From: Bacteroidaceae bacterium
GTDB lineage: Bacteria > Bacteroidota > Bacteroidia > Bacteroidales > Bacteroidaceae
Length of the DNA: 64,000 bases
NCBI GenBank assembly: GCA_017535725.1
Contig: JAFXTO010000002.1
Location: 21,752-85,751, forward strand
Direction: 5' to 3'
Translations under genes and position numbers: made by a program
Part shown: positions 32,811 through 44,194 of the stretch, in pieces
How positions within the stretch are numbered: position 1 is the stretch's first letter
Layout: every line of letters starts with the position of its first letter
The notes under the pieces: generated by a model
Databases searched by the model: none
Told to the model about the DNA's origin: nothing
Seen by the model: only the letters and a program-made list of their open reading frames with translations

Positions 32811-33755
32811 TTAACTTTTGTCTCTCAACTTCTCTGCAATATCGCGGCACAGCTGTTCGTGCTTGCTGCGGAGGCGGAAGAAGATGATCTGGAGCACGAT
32901 ACCCTCGAAGAGGAAATAGACCCACACGCAGTTGAGCAACGCCGTGAGGTAAAGAACGCCGATGCGCAGGTCGAAGGTCAGAGCCTGGCAGACTGGCATC
33001 ATGGGACGGCTGCGGCGCACGAATTCCTCGCGGAGCTCGTCTGGCACATCGTCGCCGTAGCGCACCTCGAGGAGGTCGAGCATGGTCTGACAGTTGGGAG
33101 TCATGTGCTCCTGACGGAGGGTATAACGGATGTAGAAGAATAGGTAGAGCTTCTCGAACCAGTCGGGGCTCATCCACAGAAGGCTGTCATACCGTATTTG
33201 AAGCTGCTTGCTGCGGTCCAGTTCGCTGCGTCGGGCTCCTAACTGGAAGTAAAGGTGCTGGTTGCGGTAGTAGTCAGCGAGGTTGGCCTGGCGGACGTGG
33301 CACCAATAGCCGGCGTAGGCTCCCAGAAGCCAGCCCCAAATGCCCCAGGTGGGAGTCAGGCGGAGGGCGAGAGCAACATAGATGAACTGAAACCATACAT
33401 CGCCCGCGAAACCATCGAGGATGCGGCCGATGAGTGTCCTCTTGCCGGTGATGCGAGCCAGCTGTCCGTCGGCACAGTCCAGCCAGTTGGCCACTACGAG
33501 CAGACAGACGGCGATGATGTTATTCTGCAGGTCTGTCTTCACAAAGAAAAAAGCGGAGGCCGCACCGAGGACAATACTAATGAGTGTCACGGCAATGGGA
33601 TGAACGTGCAGCACACGGAACAACTGTGCCCAGAGGTAACCGGGGGTACGTGTGAACAGGAGTTCAAAGCGTCCTTCGGTGTCCTCGGACTTCATCGTGG
33701 AGCGGACGTTGTCCCAGAAGGAGTGGTGCTGTATGCTTTTTTCTTCGGCTGTCAT
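32811..33755 (-). CDS. CDP-alcohol phosphatidyltransferase-family membrane protein
   Basis: DCADGQLARITGKRTLIGRILDGFAGD fits D-x2-DG-x2-AR-x8-G-x3-D-x3-D. Multiple TM helices. Confidence 0.85.
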   Translation of the reverse strand: MTAEEKSIQHHSFWDNVRSTMKSEDTEGRFELLFTRTPGYLWAQLFRVLHVHPIAVTLISIVLGAASAFFFVKTDLQNNIIAVCLLVVANWLDCADGQLARITGKRTLIGRILDGFAGDVWFQFIYVALALRLTPTWGIWGWLLGAYAGYWCHVRQANLADYYRNQHLYFQLGARRSELDRSKQLQIRYDSLLWMSPDWFEKLYLFFYIRYTLRQEHMTPNCQTMLDLLEVRYGDDVPDELREEFVRRSRPMMPVCQALTFDLRIGVLYLTALLNCVWVYFLFEGIVLQIIFFRLRSKHEQLCRDIAEKLRDKS

Positions 33756-33834
33756 AAGTGCGTTGGAAGGGTTCCCCTTCGCCTATTGGGCTGCAAATAT
33801 ACCGCTTTTTATTGGTAAATGGTGCGCTTAGAGG

Positions 33835-34323
33835 TCAAAATTTTCTAAAACGCAGCAGAGTGTCGGCTTTTTCGAGGACCAGTGAGCTGGAAGTGAGTGT
33901 TTGGATATGGAAACGGGTATGCAAGGTGTGTATTCCCCAGGGATTCATCAGCCCCTTGTCGAGTTCCTCGGCGGTAACCCATTGGGTCGTGTTGTCATCG
34001 ACGGAGTGGGCGGAGGGATGTGAGAGGTCGAAGAAGAGGAGGGAGTCGCCTTGATGGGTGAAATGGGAGTAGAGGCGAGTGTTGCTTGTATGATCTTCAA
34101 ATTGTGCTATTTCCAGCTGGATAGAGAGGAAGGTGAGATTGTCCTTGGTCTGGGTGCTGGCTTCGGGTGTCTCAATGGATGTCAGCTGCCAATGACCATC
34201 GAGGGCACCGTTGGCGGGAGTCTTATCGCAGGAAGCGAGTAGGAAGAGCAGGAGGGAAAGCAGGTAATAGGGCTTGTAAGCCTTGGGGGACTTATGTGAT
34301 GTATGGGTGGTAGGTAACTTCAT
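33835..34323 (-). CDS. Lipoprotein, lipocalin-like
   Basis: Lipobox LLASC after a signal sequence. 162 aa. The family name is from memory of similar Bacteroidota proteins. Confidence 0.6.
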   Translation of the reverse strand: MKLPTTHTSHKSPKAYKPYYLLSLLLFLLASCDKTPANGALDGHWQLTSIETPEASTQTKDNLTFLSIQLEIAQFEDHTSNTRLYSHFTHQGDSLLFFDLSHPSAHSVDDNTTQWVTAEELDKGLMNPWGIHTLHTRFHIQTLTSSSLVLEKADTLLRFRKF

Positions 34324-34330
34324 TGTTGGA

Positions 34331-35872
34331 TTATTTGAGGTTGAGCGTTTTGCGTATGGTTAGTTGGCCTCCGAAACTGTTTCCCAGAAGTTGTCCATGA
34401 TCCAATGCAAGTGCCGCGACGCCTGTCCATCCCTCTGCCCAGCGGGGACGGTAGGTGGCTTCGGCCATGGCGTAGGCTTGGTGCTGCATGTCCGTGAAGG
34501 GATAGTCGTAGGTTCCCCAGTTGTGGGAAAAGGAGAATAAGGCGCGCCAATGCCATTCGGAAGAGGGGTCGCCTGCGAGGGCCGCGTGCCAAGCGTGAAT
34601 GCGGTTGTTGTAAAAACGGAGATGGTTGCTTTGGTTAAGGGCGGCATTATATAAAGGTGAAGTTATCAAGGGGTTGCCTATCGTATGGCCATAGTTCTGC
34701 CACCCGCTGTAGTTGAGGTTGTTGTAATAGTCGTCCCGTCCAGCTATGCGCAGGGGAAAGAAAGGAGTGGGGTCGTGGAGAATCGGTCCTGTCTGGTCCG
34801 TCGTTCCTAAATATTCGAAAACGACACTACTGACAATCCGGTTGTGGGGTAGGGTGACCTCAGCCCCAATGAGCATGTCGTGGATGCCATACTGTACGGT
34901 CAGCTGGGAGTGGTCTTCGAAGAAACGCTCCCAGTAAGCACGCGCTTGCCAACGATGTCCGTGGTACTTGAGCTGCATTACCCAGCTGCCCAGATGATTG
35001 CCTTCCACGTTGGGGTCGCTCCCGTCGGTGGCATCGCTGCCGCTGCAGATGAGGGCGTTCCAGAAGGAACGTAGGTTGGAAGAGTGCTTGAAGGTCGTGG
35101 TACCTTGATAGCGGCCGGAGACAACTCCATAGCTCGTCCCTCCGAATTCGGCCGCCATATTCAGGCCAATCTCGTAGGTGAGTGGGAAGATATCTGGGCG
35201 GCCGAACTGCCAATGGAGTGCCTTCTCGTGATATAAAGAATGGCGGGTGTAGCGAGTTCCTTCTGCAACCCATTCTTCCTGCCAAGGACCATCGGTCTTC
35301 AGCCCATAGCTTCCGTGCAGGGTCCATTGCCACCATCCCCGGGTGCCGGGGAACGAGAACCAGTCCACGTCTAAGCGTATCTGAGGGATGGGGCGTGCGT
35401 TGATGCCATACGTCAGGGCCCCGCTGCTTAGCTCGTTGTTCTGCATCTCCAGTTTCTGCTGCTTGGCTCCCACGGTCAGGCGTAGGCACCGCCAGGCCCC
35501 TTCGACGTAAGCTTGCTGAAGGATGACATGGCGCTCGTGGCCAAATGTGAGGGCTGCATCGAAGCCGTAGCCTATTCGCCACTTTCGGCCTTCGTCGTGG
35601 AGGATAGAGCGTTCCATACGCGCCCGTTCATATATAGATTGTGTTTCAACGCTTCCGAGACCATAACGATTAGCGGAGAGCCAAAGCGGCGCGAAGTCAC
35701 CCGAAGCGACGGTGCCCGACCACTCAAAAGTCATCTCTGTCTGTTGCAAGAGGTCGCGGCCTGTGGAGTCTGGCTCGGCTGATAGCCCTCGGGGAGCCGC
35801 CAGGACAGGGAGCCCGAGAGTAATCAGCAGGAATAAGAGTGAGGTCTTGCGAAAAAATATTTTCTGGTACAT
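34331..35872 (-). CDS. Outer-membrane beta-barrel protein (possibly capsule-assembly Wzi-like)
   Basis: Start at MYQKIFFRKTSLLFLLITLGLPVLA (35872), a signal peptide. Aromatic-rich alternating sequence. The Wzi name is tentative. Confidence 0.6.
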   Translation of the reverse strand: MYQKIFFRKTSLLFLLITLGLPVLAAPRGLSAEPDSTGRDLLQQTEMTFEWSGTVASGDFAPLWLSANRYGLGSVETQSIYERARMERSILHDEGRKWRIGYGFDAALTFGHERHVILQQAYVEGAWRCLRLTVGAKQQKLEMQNNELSSGALTYGINARPIPQIRLDVDWFSFPGTRGWWQWTLHGSYGLKTDGPWQEEWVAEGTRYTRHSLYHEKALHWQFGRPDIFPLTYEIGLNMAAEFGGTSYGVVSGRYQGTTTFKHSSNLRSFWNALICSGSDATDGSDPNVEGNHLGSWVMQLKYHGHRWQARAYWERFFEDHSQLTVQYGIHDMLIGAEVTLPHNRIVSSVVFEYLGTTDQTGPILHDPTPFFPLRIAGRDDYYNNLNYSGWQNYGHTIGNPLITSPLYNAALNQSNHLRFYNNRIHAWHAALAGDPSSEWHWRALFSFSHNWGTYDYPFTDMQHQAYAMAEATYRPRWAEGWTGVAALALDHGQLLGNSFGGQLTIRKTLNLK

Positions 35873-36068
35873 TTTTTCCAATTTTAAAGCCATTTGCCTG
35901 TATTTTGGGGGCAAATATAAGACAAAAACGGGGAACTTCACACATTTTAGCACAAATCTTGCACCGCTTTCGCACTTTTGGGCTACATTTGCCTCGGATT
36001 TCACCCGAGGGTGACTTGGATGAGACAGAATTTGTAATTATTCATAAACTATTAAAGAGAAAAAGACA

Positions 36069-36728
36069 ATGAAGAAAATCATGCTTTTCATGGTTGCAGC
36101 AGTTGCAACTTTGAGCCTCGTATCATGCGGAGGAAAAACGAATGGTAACACAGCAGAACTTGACAGCCTTGCCACAGAGACGACGGAGGCTGAAGTAACA
36201 CCCGTAGAACAGGCACAGAAAGTAGTGGCCTTGCTTCAGGAACAAATTAAGAATGCAGACCCCGAACAGATTAAGGCTATCGGTTCCCAAGTGGCCGAGA
36301 AAGTTGCCGAGTTCATCGCTAAGGGTGATGAGGCTGCTGCAAAGGCCTACACGGAGACCATCAATCAGTTCATCAGCGAGAATGCAGAGACCCTGAAGGC
36401 TATCGGTGCCAGCACCACGATTGCTGAGGCCCTGTCCAACGTGGAGAATCTGCCTTCCAGCCTGCTGGAGTCTGTAAACAGCGCTGCTACTGGCGTTGCT
36501 ACTACTGCCGATGAGCAGGTTGATGCCGCAAAGCAGGCCGTGGATGCCGCGAAGGCTGCTGTGGAGGCTGCTCCAGAAGCTGCCAAGCAGGCTGCTGAAG
36601 AAGCTGCCTCGGCTGCTAAGGCTAAGGTGGAAGAAGAAGCTGCTGCCGCACAACAGAAAGCGCAGGAGAAGGCCAACCAGGCTATTGACGACGCTGCCGC
36701 CGCAGCAAAGAAGAAGCTGGGCCTTTAA
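36069..36728 (+). CDS. Ala/Glu/Lys-rich low-complexity lipoprotein
   Basis: Signal peptide with lipobox SLVSCGG. Long helical A/E/K-rich sequence. The antisense ORFs here are shadows. Confidence 0.62.
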   Translation: MKKIMLFMVAAVATLSLVSCGGKTNGNTAELDSLATETTEAEVTPVEQAQKVVALLQEQIKNADPEQIKAIGSQVAEKVAEFIAKGDEAAAKAYTETINQFISENAETLKAIGASTTIAEALSNVENLPSSLLESVNSAATGVATTADEQVDAAKQAVDAAKAAVEAAPEAAKQAAEEAASAAKAKVEEEAAAAQQKAQEKANQAIDDAAAAAKKKLGL

Positions 36729-36848
36729 TGCCGATGCCGACAAGCAGGAGAAGCCCGGCTTTTCGTATAGGATTTCGGGCATCCTTGCCTCGCGCGTACC
36801 TTATTAATATAAAAAGAAGATTGATAAAACCGAATAAATGACAGAATC

Positions 36849-37166
36849 ATGGCAAAGGACAATGAACAAAAGCCAGGACAAGTACAGGTGAACATGACTC
36901 CAGAAGTGGAGAAGGGTGTCTATAGTAATTTGGCTATCATGGGCTATACGCCAACGGAATTCATTATGGACTTTGTTTTCCATCATCCTGGTATGCCTCG
37001 GGCCAACGTGCAGAGCCGTGTAGTGATGTCTCCAGTTCAGGCCAAGAGGTTGATGCGATTGCTGGAACAAAATATGGCCAACTACGAGAAGAACTTCGGG
37101 TTAATCCAGTTGGCAGAGGATGCTTCCTCGCAAAATGGTCCTATCTCTCCATTTAAGGTGAACTGA
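36849..37166 (+). CDS. DUF3467-family protein
   Basis: VYSNLAIMGYTPTEFIMDFVF..VVMSPVQAKRL pattern. In my recollection this gene sits upstream of rpsL in Bacteroidota. Confidence 0.75.
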   Translation: MAKDNEQKPGQVQVNMTPEVEKGVYSNLAIMGYTPTEFIMDFVFHHPGMPRANVQSRVVMSPVQAKRLMRLLEQNMANYEKNFGLIQLAEDASSQNGPISPFKVN

Positions 37167-37339
37167 CCTCACCGTGGTCATAAGTGAGCGTTTTACACTT
37201 AACACTTTGTGCCGTTAAAATGCTTATTTGAGCGGTGTATTCTGTTAAATCTTCTTAAAATTCAAGAAAAATATACTTCTTTTGTGCCCTCGAAGCGATT
37301 TTCTGGCTTTGAGGGCATTGTTATATGCAGGATTTTGTC

Positions 37340-37347
37340 TACCTTTG
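37340..37347 (+). promoter_or_regulatory. -7 promoter element (TACCTTTG) for the str operon
   Basis: TAnnTTTG 85 nt upstream of the rpsL ATG. A small hairpin gggca-tagag-tgccc follows. Confidence 0.45.
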
Positions 37348-37431
37348 CAGCCCGAATGGGCATAGAGTGCCCGTTTGAATCGTGCTTGATAACAAAATAC
37401 ACAATATATAATTACAAAAAACAAAACAACA

Positions 37432-37818
37432 ATGCCAACCATTCAACAACTCGTGCGGAAAGGCCGCAAGGTGCTTGTGGATAAGAGCAAGAGCCCAGCG
37501 CTGGATAACTGCCCCCAGCGTCGTGGCGTATGTGTTCGCGTTTACACAACCACACCTAAGAAGCCTAATTCTGCCATGCGTAAGGTAGCGCGTGTGCGCC
37601 TTACGAACACCAAGGAAGTCAACAGCTACATCCCCGGAGAGGGTCACAACCTGCAGGAGCACAGCATCGTGCTGGTGCGCGGTGGTCGTGTGAAGGATCT
37701 CCCAGGCGTACGTTATCACATTGTACGCGGTTCTCTGGATACTGCCGGAGTCGCCAATCGTACACAGCGTCGTTCCAAGTATGGAGCCAAGCGTCCGAAG
37801 GCTGCCAAGAAGAAATAA
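37432..37818 (+). CDS. rpsL: 30S ribosomal protein S12
   Basis: [22 protein letters not shown] conserved S12 sequence. Confidence 0.97.
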   Translation: MPTIQQLVRKGRKVLVDKSKSPALDNCPQRRGVCVRVYTTTPKKPNSAMRKVARVRLTNTKEVNSYIPGEGHNLQEHSIVLVRGGRVKDLPGVRYHIVRGSLDTAGVANRTQRRSKYGAKRPKAAKKK

Positions 37819-37980
37819 GGACGTGGCTTGAATTCCAAATTATTTATTCGTAAATTGTTTATTAACAAAGGTTTTGTGTTGTAGAAACGCGGTTGAGTAA
37901 ATGCGGCATGACCCCTCGTGATGAGGATGGCGGCATTGAAGAACAAACGAATACAGCCAAACAAAAACATCTCAAGCGAA

Positions 37981-38457
37981 ATGAGAAAAGCAAAACCAAA
38001 AAAGAGACAAGTCCTTCCCGATCCCGTCTATGGCGACGTGAAGGTCTCAAAGTTCGTCAACCATTTGATGTATGACGGCAAAAAGAGCATTTCCTATCGT
38101 ATCTTCTATGATGCACTGGAAATCGTGAAGAACAAGATGCAGGGCGTTGAGAAAACTCCCCTGGAAATCTGGAAGGAAGCACTCCAGAAAGTAACTCCGC
38201 AGGTGGAGGTCAAGAGCCGTCGTATCGGCGGTGCTACGTTCCAGGTGCCTACGGAGATTCGTCCCAGCCGTAAGGAGAGCGTTAGCATGAAGAACCTTAT
38301 TTCCTATGCACGCAAGCGTGGCGGTAAAACGATGGCCGACAAGCTCGCTGCTGAAATAATGGATGCATACAATGAACAGGGCGGTGCCTTCAAGCGCAAG
38401 GAAGATATGCACCGTATGGCAGAGGCTAACCGTGCTTTTGCACACTTCCGTTTCTAA
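37981..38457 (+). CDS. rpsG: 30S ribosomal protein S7
   Basis: [19 protein letters not shown].. start chosen at ATG 37981. Follows rpsL. Confidence 0.95.
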   Translation: MRKAKPKKRQVLPDPVYGDVKVSKFVNHLMYDGKKSISYRIFYDALEIVKNKMQGVEKTPLEIWKEALQKVTPQVEVKSRRIGGATFQVPTEIRPSRKESVSMKNLISYARKRGGKTMADKLAAEIMDAYNEQGGAFKRKEDMHRMAEANRAFAHFRF

Positions 38458-38494
38458 ATAAGGAAAAAGATTATTTCAAGATAACATAAAACGA

Positions 38495-40612
38495 ATGGCA
38501 AAACAAGATTTGCATCTGACCCGTAATATCGGCATCATGGCTCACATCGATGCTGGTAAGACGACTACGTCTGAGCGTATCCTCTACTACACGGGTCTGA
38601 CACATAAAATCGGTGAGGTACATGATGGCGCCGCAACTATGGACTGGATGGCCCAGGAACAGGAGCGCGGCATCACAATCACCTCTGCCGCAACGACGAC
38701 ATTCTGGAACTGGAACAACAGGAAGTATAAAATCAACCTGATAGACACTCCGGGACACGTAGATTTCACCGCTGAGGTGGAGCGTTCCCTGCGTGTGCTT
38801 GACGGCGCAGTGGCTGCTTATTGTGCAGTCGGTGGCGTGGAGCCCCAGTCCGAAACAGTATGGCGTCAGGCCGATAAGTACAACGTGCCGCGCATTGGTT
38901 ACGTCAACAAGATGGACCGTAGCGGAGCTGACTTCTTTGAGGTCGTAAGGCAGATGAGGGATGTCCTTGGCGCCAAGGCTGTGCCCATCGTGATTCCCAT
39001 TGGCTCTGAAGAGAACTTCAAGGGTGTGGTTGACCTCATCAAGATGAAGGCCATCCTTTGGCATGATGAAACAATGGGAGCTGAGTATGTCATGGAAGAG
39101 ATTCCTGCAGACATGCTTGACGAAGCTCAGGAGTGGCATGACAAGATGGTCGAGACCGCTGCCGAGTACGATGAAGCACTCATGGAGAAGTTCTTCGATG
39201 ATCCTTCCAGCATTACCGAGGAAGAGATTATCGCTGCTCTCCGCGCTGCCACCGTCAGCATGGAAATTACTCCCATGTTGTGTGGTTCCTCCTTTAAGAA
39301 TAAAGGTGTGCAGACCCTGCTTGACTATGTCTGCGCCTTCCTTCCCAGTCCTCTTGACACACCGAATGTCGTGGGCACGAACCCCGAGACAGGTGAGGAG
39401 GAAGACCGTAAGCCGGATGAGGACGAGAAGACATCTGCACTCGCTTTCAAAATTGCTACCGACCCGTACGTTGGCCGTCTGACCTTCATCCGCGTGTATT
39501 CCGGCAAGGTGGAGGCTGGCTCATACATCTACAATACCCGTTCGGGTAAGAAGGAGCGTGTCAGCCGTCTGTTCCAGATGCACTCCAACCACCAGAACCC
39601 CGTGGAAGTCATCAGTGCTGGTGACATCGGTGCAGGTGTAGGCTTTAAGGACATCCGTACGGGTGATACGCTTTGCGACGAGGATGCACCCATCGTACTT
39701 GAGTCGATGGAGTTCCCCGATCCCGTTATCGGTATTGCCGTGGAGCCAAAGACCCAGAAAGACCTCGACAAGCTCAGCAATGGTCTTGCCAAGCTGGCAG
39801 AGGAGGATCCCACATTCACCGTTCGTACCGACGAGCAGAGTGGACAGACCATTATCAGCGGTATGGGTGAGCTGCACCTTGATATCATCATCGACCGCCT
39901 GAAGCGTGAATTCAAGGTGGAATGCAACCAGGGTAAGCCTCAGGTGAACTACAAGGAAGCTATCACCAAGACTGTGAACCTTCGTGAGGTTTACAAGAAG
40001 CAGTCTGGCGGTCGCGGTAAGTTCGCTGACATCATTGTTAACGTAGGTCCTGTGGATGATGACTTCGAAGGCTCTGGCCTGCAGTTCATCAACAGCGTCA
40101 CAGGTGGTAACATTCCCAAGGAGTTCATTCCTGCTGTTCAGAAAGGATTCGAAAGTGCCATGAAGAACGGTGTGCTTGGCGGATTCCCCATGGATAGCTT
40201 GAAGGTAGAACTCATTGACGGTTCTTTCCACCCCGTGGACTCTGATCAGCTCTCCTTCGAGATCTGTGCCATTCAGGCCTATCGTAACGCTTGCTCCAAG
40301 GCCAAGCCCGTCCTGATGGAGCCCATCATGAAACTGGAAGTCGTTACTCCGGAAGAGAATATGGGTGACGTTATCGGCGACCTTAACAAGCGTCGTGGTC
40401 AGGTTGAGGGTATGGACACCAGCCGTAGCGGTGCTCGTATCGTCAAGGCAATGGTGCCGCTGGGCGAGATGTTTGGTTACGTGACAGCTCTCCGCACCAT
40501 CACTTCAGGACGTGCCACCAGTAGCATGACGTACGATCATCATGCACCTGTCTCCAGCAGCATTGCCAAGGCTGTGCTTGAGGAGGTCAAGGGACGTGTA
40601 GATTTAGTTTAA
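38495..40612 (+). CDS. fusA: Elongation factor G
   Basis: [28 protein letters not shown] GTPase motifs. 705 aa. Confidence 0.97.
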   Translation: MAKQDLHLTRNIGIMAHIDAGKTTTSERILYYTGLTHKIGEVHDGAATMDWMAQEQERGITITSAATTTFWNWNNRKYKINLIDTPGHVDFTAEVERSLRVLDGAVAAYCAVGGVEPQSETVWRQADKYNVPRIGYVNKMDRSGADFFEVVRQMRDVLGAKAVPIVIPIGSEENFKGVVDLIKMKAILWHDETMGAEYVMEEIPADMLDEAQEWHDKMVETAAEYDEALMEKFFDDPSSITEEEIIAALRAATVSMEITPMLCGSSFKNKGVQTLLDYVCAFLPSPLDTPNVVGTNPETGEEEDRKPDEDEKTSALAFKIATDPYVGRLTFIRVYSGKVEAGSYIYNTRSGKKERVSRLFQMHSNHQNPVEVISAGDIGAGVGFKDIRTGDTLCDEDAPIVLESMEFPDPVIGIAVEPKTQKDLDKLSNGLAKLAEEDPTFTVRTDEQSGQTIISGMGELHLDIIIDRLKREFKVECNQGKPQVNYKEAITKTVNLREVYKKQSGGRGKFADIIVNVGPVDDDFEGSGLQFINSVTGGNIPKEFIPAVQKGFESAMKNGVLGGFPMDSLKVELIDGSFHPVDSDQLSFEICAIQAYRNACSKAKPVLMEPIMKLEVVTPEENMGDVIGDLNKRRGQVEGMDTSRSGARIVKAMVPLGEMFGYVTALRTITSGRATSSMTYDHHAPVSSSIAKAVLEEVKGRVDLV

Positions 40613-40625
40613 AAAATAAGGCAGG

Positions 40626-40657
40626 GGGCTGCCGAGCAAATGACTCTTCGGCAGCCC
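40626..40657 (+). other. 10-bp-stem hairpin downstream of fusA (processing or attenuation candidate)
   Basis: gggctgccga (40626-40635) pairs with tcggcagccc (40648-40657). No trailing T-run, so it is not called a terminator. Confidence 0.35.
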
Positions 40658-40712
40658 AACCACCTCAGAGAATAAAAATAAATAGTAAATCATTAAATCG
40701 TAAAATTAAGAC

Positions 40713-41018
40713 ATGAGTCAGAAAATCAGAATTAAGCTGAAATCCTACGATCACAACCTCGTGGATAAGTCCGCTGAGAAGATTGTGAAGACTGTGAAGG
40801 CAACAGGTGCCATCGTGAGCGGGCCCATTCCTCTCCCCACCCACAAGCGCATTTTCACCGTCAACCGTTCCACCTTCGTCAACAAGAAGGCACGCGAGCA
40901 ATTCCAGCTCAGCAGCTACAAGCGTCTCATCGACATTTACAGCAGTACGGCACAGACCGTGGACGCACTGATGAAACTTGAACTGCCCAGCGGTGTGGAA
41001 GTAGAGATTAAGGTGTAA
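40713..41018 (+). CDS. rpsJ: 30S ribosomal protein S10
   Basis: [14 protein letters not shown].. first gene of the S10 operon order. Confidence 0.96.
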   Translation: MSQKIRIKLKSYDHNLVDKSAEKIVKTVKATGAIVSGPIPLPTHKRIFTVNRSTFVNKKAREQFQLSSYKRLIDIYSSTAQTVDALMKLELPSGVEVEIKV

Positions 41019-41058
41019 GAATCTGAGTGTAGAGTTAAACAAACAAATTAGTACAGAA

Positions 41059-41673
41059 ATGCCAGGATTATTAGGAAAGAAAATCGGAATGACTTCCGTC
41101 TTCAGTGCCGACGGCAAGAATGTGCCGTGCACTGTTATCGAATTAGGTCCTTGCGTAGTTACCCAGATCAAGAGCGTAGAGAAGGACGGTTATGCAGCCG
41201 TTCAGCTCGGCTTCGAGGAGGCTAAGGAAAAGAATACTACCAAGCCTATGCTCGGCCACTTCGCCAAGAGCGGTACTACTCCCAAGCGCCACTTGGCCGA
41301 GTTCACAGGTTTTGAAGAGGTTAATCTCGGTGACACCATCACCGTGGAACTCTTCGCTGACACCGCTTACGTAGATGTCATCGGCGTCTCGAAAGGTAAG
41401 GGTTTCCAGGGCGTCATGAAACGTCATGGATTCGGTGGCGTTGGACAGTCAACTCATGGCCAGGACGACCGTGCTCGCAAGCCGGGTTCCATCGGTGCCT
41501 GCTCCTATCCCGCAAAGGTCTTCAAGGGCCTGAGAATGGGAGGCCAGATGGGTTCTGAGCGTGTAACAACGCACAATCTGCAAGTGTTAAAAGTGATTCC
41601 CGAGCACAACTTGCTCCTCATCAAGGGCAGCATCCCCGGGTTCAAAGGTTCAATCGTAAGCGTTATTAAGTAA
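41059..41673 (+). CDS. rplC: 50S ribosomal protein L3
   Basis: [15 protein letters not shown].. conserved L3 N-terminus; synteny. Confidence 0.96.
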   Translation: MPGLLGKKIGMTSVFSADGKNVPCTVIELGPCVVTQIKSVEKDGYAAVQLGFEEAKEKNTTKPMLGHFAKSGTTPKRHLAEFTGFEEVNLGDTITVELFADTAYVDVIGVSKGKGFQGVMKRHGFGGVGQSTHGQDDRARKPGSIGACSYPAKVFKGLRMGGQMGSERVTTHNLQVLKVIPEHNLLLIKGSIPGFKGSIVSVIK

Positions 41674-41674
41674 G

Positions 41675-42304
41675 ATGGAAGTCCGTGTTTTGAATATCCA
41701 AGGTCAGGAGACCGGTCGTACGGTAGTCCTGAACGATGCAGTCTACGGCGTAGAGCCCAATGACCATGCAATTTATCTTGATGTCAAGCTCTTCCTCGCC
41801 AACCAGCGCCAGGGTACTGCAAAGTCCAAAGAGCGTTCCGAAATCAGCGGTTCCACACGCAAGCTTGGTCGCCAGAAAGGTGGTGGCGGAGCACGTCGTG
41901 GTGACATCAATTCTCCCGTCCTCGTTGGTGGCGCTCGTGTTTTTGGTCCCAAACCCCGCGATTATGGCTTCAAGCTCAACAAGAAAGTGCGTCTTCTGGC
42001 ACGCAAGAGTGCCCTGTCTTACAAGGCACAGGAGAACGCTATTCTGGTTGTTGAGGACTTCACTTTTGATACACCAAAGACCAAAAGCCTCATTGAAGTC
42101 TTAAAAAATCTTAAACTTGACGGCAAAAAGGCCCTCTTTGTTTTGCCAGGTGCAAATAAAGCCGTATATTTGTCCGCTCGAAACCTCGAGAAGGTCAATG
42201 TTATGGCTGCTTCTGCGCTGAACACTTACAGAGTGCTTGACGCAGAGGTGCTTGTGCTGACAGAAGGTGCATTGCCCGTCGTTGACCAAAATCTTAACAA
42301 GTAA
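41675..42304 (+). CDS. rplD: 50S ribosomal protein L4
   Basis: Synteny and the [30 protein letters not shown] motif. Confidence 0.95.
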   Translation: MEVRVLNIQGQETGRTVVLNDAVYGVEPNDHAIYLDVKLFLANQRQGTAKSKERSEISGSTRKLGRQKGGGGARRGDINSPVLVGGARVFGPKPRDYGFKLNKKVRLLARKSALSYKAQENAILVVEDFTFDTPKTKSLIEVLKNLKLDGKKALFVLPGANKAVYLSARNLEKVNVMAASALNTYRVLDAEVLVLTEGALPVVDQNLNK

Positions 42305-42319
42305 AGGACTACAACAACT

Positions 42320-42610
42320 ATGGGATACATTATCAAACCCCTCGTCACTGAGAAGATGACGAATATCACCGAGAAGCAGAACAAGTTCGGCTTCATCGTG
42401 CGTCCTGAGGCTAACAAGATCGAGATCAAGAACGAGGTGGAAGCCCTCTACAATGTAACGGTGGTGCATATCACTACTTGCCGCTATGCCGGAAAGAACA
42501 AGAGCCGTTATACCAAGGCTGGCCTCCTCCAGGGACGCACCAATGCCTTTAAGAAGGCCATCGTCACTCTCAAGGAGGGCGATGTTATCGATTTCTACAG
42601 TAACATCTAA
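42320..42610 (+). CDS. rplW: 50S ribosomal protein L23
   Basis: Synteny, 96 aa, IIKPLVTEK start. Confidence 0.94.
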   Translation: MGYIIKPLVTEKMTNITEKQNKFGFIVRPEANKIEIKNEVEALYNVTVVHITTCRYAGKNKSRYTKAGLLQGRTNAFKKAIVTLKEGDVIDFYSNI

Positions 42611-42618
42611 AAAGAACA

Positions 42619-43446
42619 ATGGCAGTACGTAAATTAAAGCCCACAACACCGGGCCAGAGACACAAGATTATAGGTACCTTCGAAGAGATTACTGCTGCGG
42701 TACCTGAGAAATCTCTCGTCTACGGCAAGCACTCTACAGGCGGCCGTAACAACGTCGGCAAAATGACCGTCCGCTACATGGGCGGCGGCCACAAGCAGAA
42801 ATACCGCTTTATCGACTTCAAACGAGAGAAAGATGGTGTTCCCGCAGTCGTGAAGACTATCGAGTACGACCCGAACCGCTCGGCTCGCATCGCTCTCCTC
42901 TTCTATGCTGACGGTGAAAAACGTTATATTATTGCTCCCAATGGACTGAAGGTCGGTCAGACCGTGATGTCGGGTGTTGAGGCAGCTCCTGAAGTAGGAA
43001 ATGCACTCCCCTTGCAGAACATTCCTGTTGGTACGGTTATCCACAACATCGAGCTCCGTCCTGGTCAGGGCGCACTCCTTGTGCGTTCCGCTGGAAACTT
43101 CGCTCAGCTCACTTCCCGCGAAGGACGCTATTGTGTCATCAAGCTCCCTTCGGGCGAGACACGTAAAATCCTCAGCGCATGTAAGGCTACTGTTGGCAGC
43201 GTAGGAAACAGCGACCACGCACTTGAGGCCTCCGGTAAAGCCGGTCGCAGCCGTTGGCTCGGTCGTCGTCCCCACAACCGTGGTGTTGTCATGAACCCCC
43301 ACGATCACCCGATGGGTGGTGGTGAAGGACGCCAGAGCGGTGGACATCCTCGTTCACGTAAGGGCCTTTATGCAAAGGGACTCAAGACTCGTGCACCTAA
43401 GAAGCAGTCGAATAAGTACATTATTGAAAGAGCCAACAAGAAGTAA
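42619..43446 (+). CDS. rplB: 50S ribosomal protein L2
   Basis: [24 protein letters not shown] motifs. Confidence 0.97.
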   Translation: MAVRKLKPTTPGQRHKIIGTFEEITAAVPEKSLVYGKHSTGGRNNVGKMTVRYMGGGHKQKYRFIDFKREKDGVPAVVKTIEYDPNRSARIALLFYADGEKRYIIAPNGLKVGQTVMSGVEAAPEVGNALPLQNIPVGTVIHNIELRPGQGALLVRSAGNFAQLTSREGRYCVIKLPSGETRKILSACKATVGSVGNSDHALEASGKAGRSRWLGRRPHNRGVVMNPHDHPMGGGEGRQSGGHPRSRKGLYAKGLKTRAPKKQSNKYIIERANKK

Positions 43447-43471
43447 TCACAGTTAAACTCGAAAGTATATT

Positions 43472-43741
43472 ATGAGTCGTTCACTTAAAAAAGGACCATA
43501 CATCGCAGTAAGCCTTGAAAAGAAGGTTCTCGCCATGAACGAGAGCGGCAAGAAGAGCGTCGTGAAGACTTGGGCTCGTGCTTCAATGATCAGCCCCGAC
43601 TTTGTCGGTCACACGATTGCCGTGCACAATGGCAACAAGTTCATCCCTGTGTATGTCACTGAAAACATGGTCGGCCACAAGCTCGGCGAGTTCGCTCCCA
43701 CCCGTAAGTTCGGCGGTCATGCAGGTCAGAAGAAGAAGTAA
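43472..43741 (+). CDS. rpsS: 30S ribosomal protein S19
   Basis: [33 protein letters not shown]. Confidence 0.97.
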   Translation: MSRSLKKGPYIAVSLEKKVLAMNESGKKSVVKTWARASMISPDFVGHTIAVHNGNKFIPVYVTENMVGHKLGEFAPTRKFGGHAGQKKK

Positions 43742-43786
43742 GCAGGGTCTAAGGATTCTAAAACCGATTAATTAGAGTATAATATA

Positions 43787-44185
43787 ATGGGAAAAAGAAA
43801 GAGAATTGCAGCTGAAGCAAGAAAGGCTGCACAGAAGACCCAGTACTTTGCCAAGGCCATGAGCGTGCCATCCTCCCCGCGGAAGATGCGTTATGTGGTG
43901 GATTTGATCCGCGGCATGGAGGTAAACCGCGCCCTGGCTACACTGCGCTTCAACAAGAAGGCTGCCGCACAGGATGTAGAGAAACTGCTCCGTTCGGCTA
44001 TCGCCAACTGGGAACAGAAGAACGATCGCAAGGCCGAAGATGGCGAACTGATCGTTTCGAGAGTATTTGTCGACGAAGGAGCTACGCTCAAGCGCATGCG
44101 CCCCGCCCCTCAGGGTCGTGGATACCGCATCCGTAAACGCAGCAATCACGTCACCTTGTTCGTTGACACTAAATCTAATGATTAA
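43787..44185 (+). CDS. rplV: 50S ribosomal protein L22
   Basis: Synteny; [14 protein letters not shown] motif. Confidence 0.94.
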   Translation: MGKRKRIAAEARKAAQKTQYFAKAMSVPSSPRKMRYVVDLIRGMEVNRALATLRFNKKAAAQDVEKLLRSAIANWEQKNDRKAEDGELIVSRVFVDEGATLKRMRPAPQGRGYRIRKRSNHVTLFVDTKSND

Positions 44186-44194
44186 TAAGAAATT

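Noticed and set aside
32800-33177. N-terminal 126-codon extension of the IspD-like ORF (tracked as 32005-33177)
   Set aside because: The extension is Arg/Pro-rich nonsense that overlaps the 3-prime end of the CDP-alcohol transferase gene in another frame. The conserved cytidylyltransferase N-terminus starts at Met 32799.
36123-36782. 219-aa minus-strand ORF opposite the Ala-rich lipoprotein gene
   Set aside because: Both strands are open because of the GCN-rich low-complexity sequence. Only the + strand product has a signal peptide with a lipobox and a sensible start.
40613-40712. Absence of tuf between fusA and rpsJ as an anomaly
   Set aside because: In my understanding, tuf in Bacteroidota is normally located elsewhere (with secE-nusG), so this arrangement is expected.
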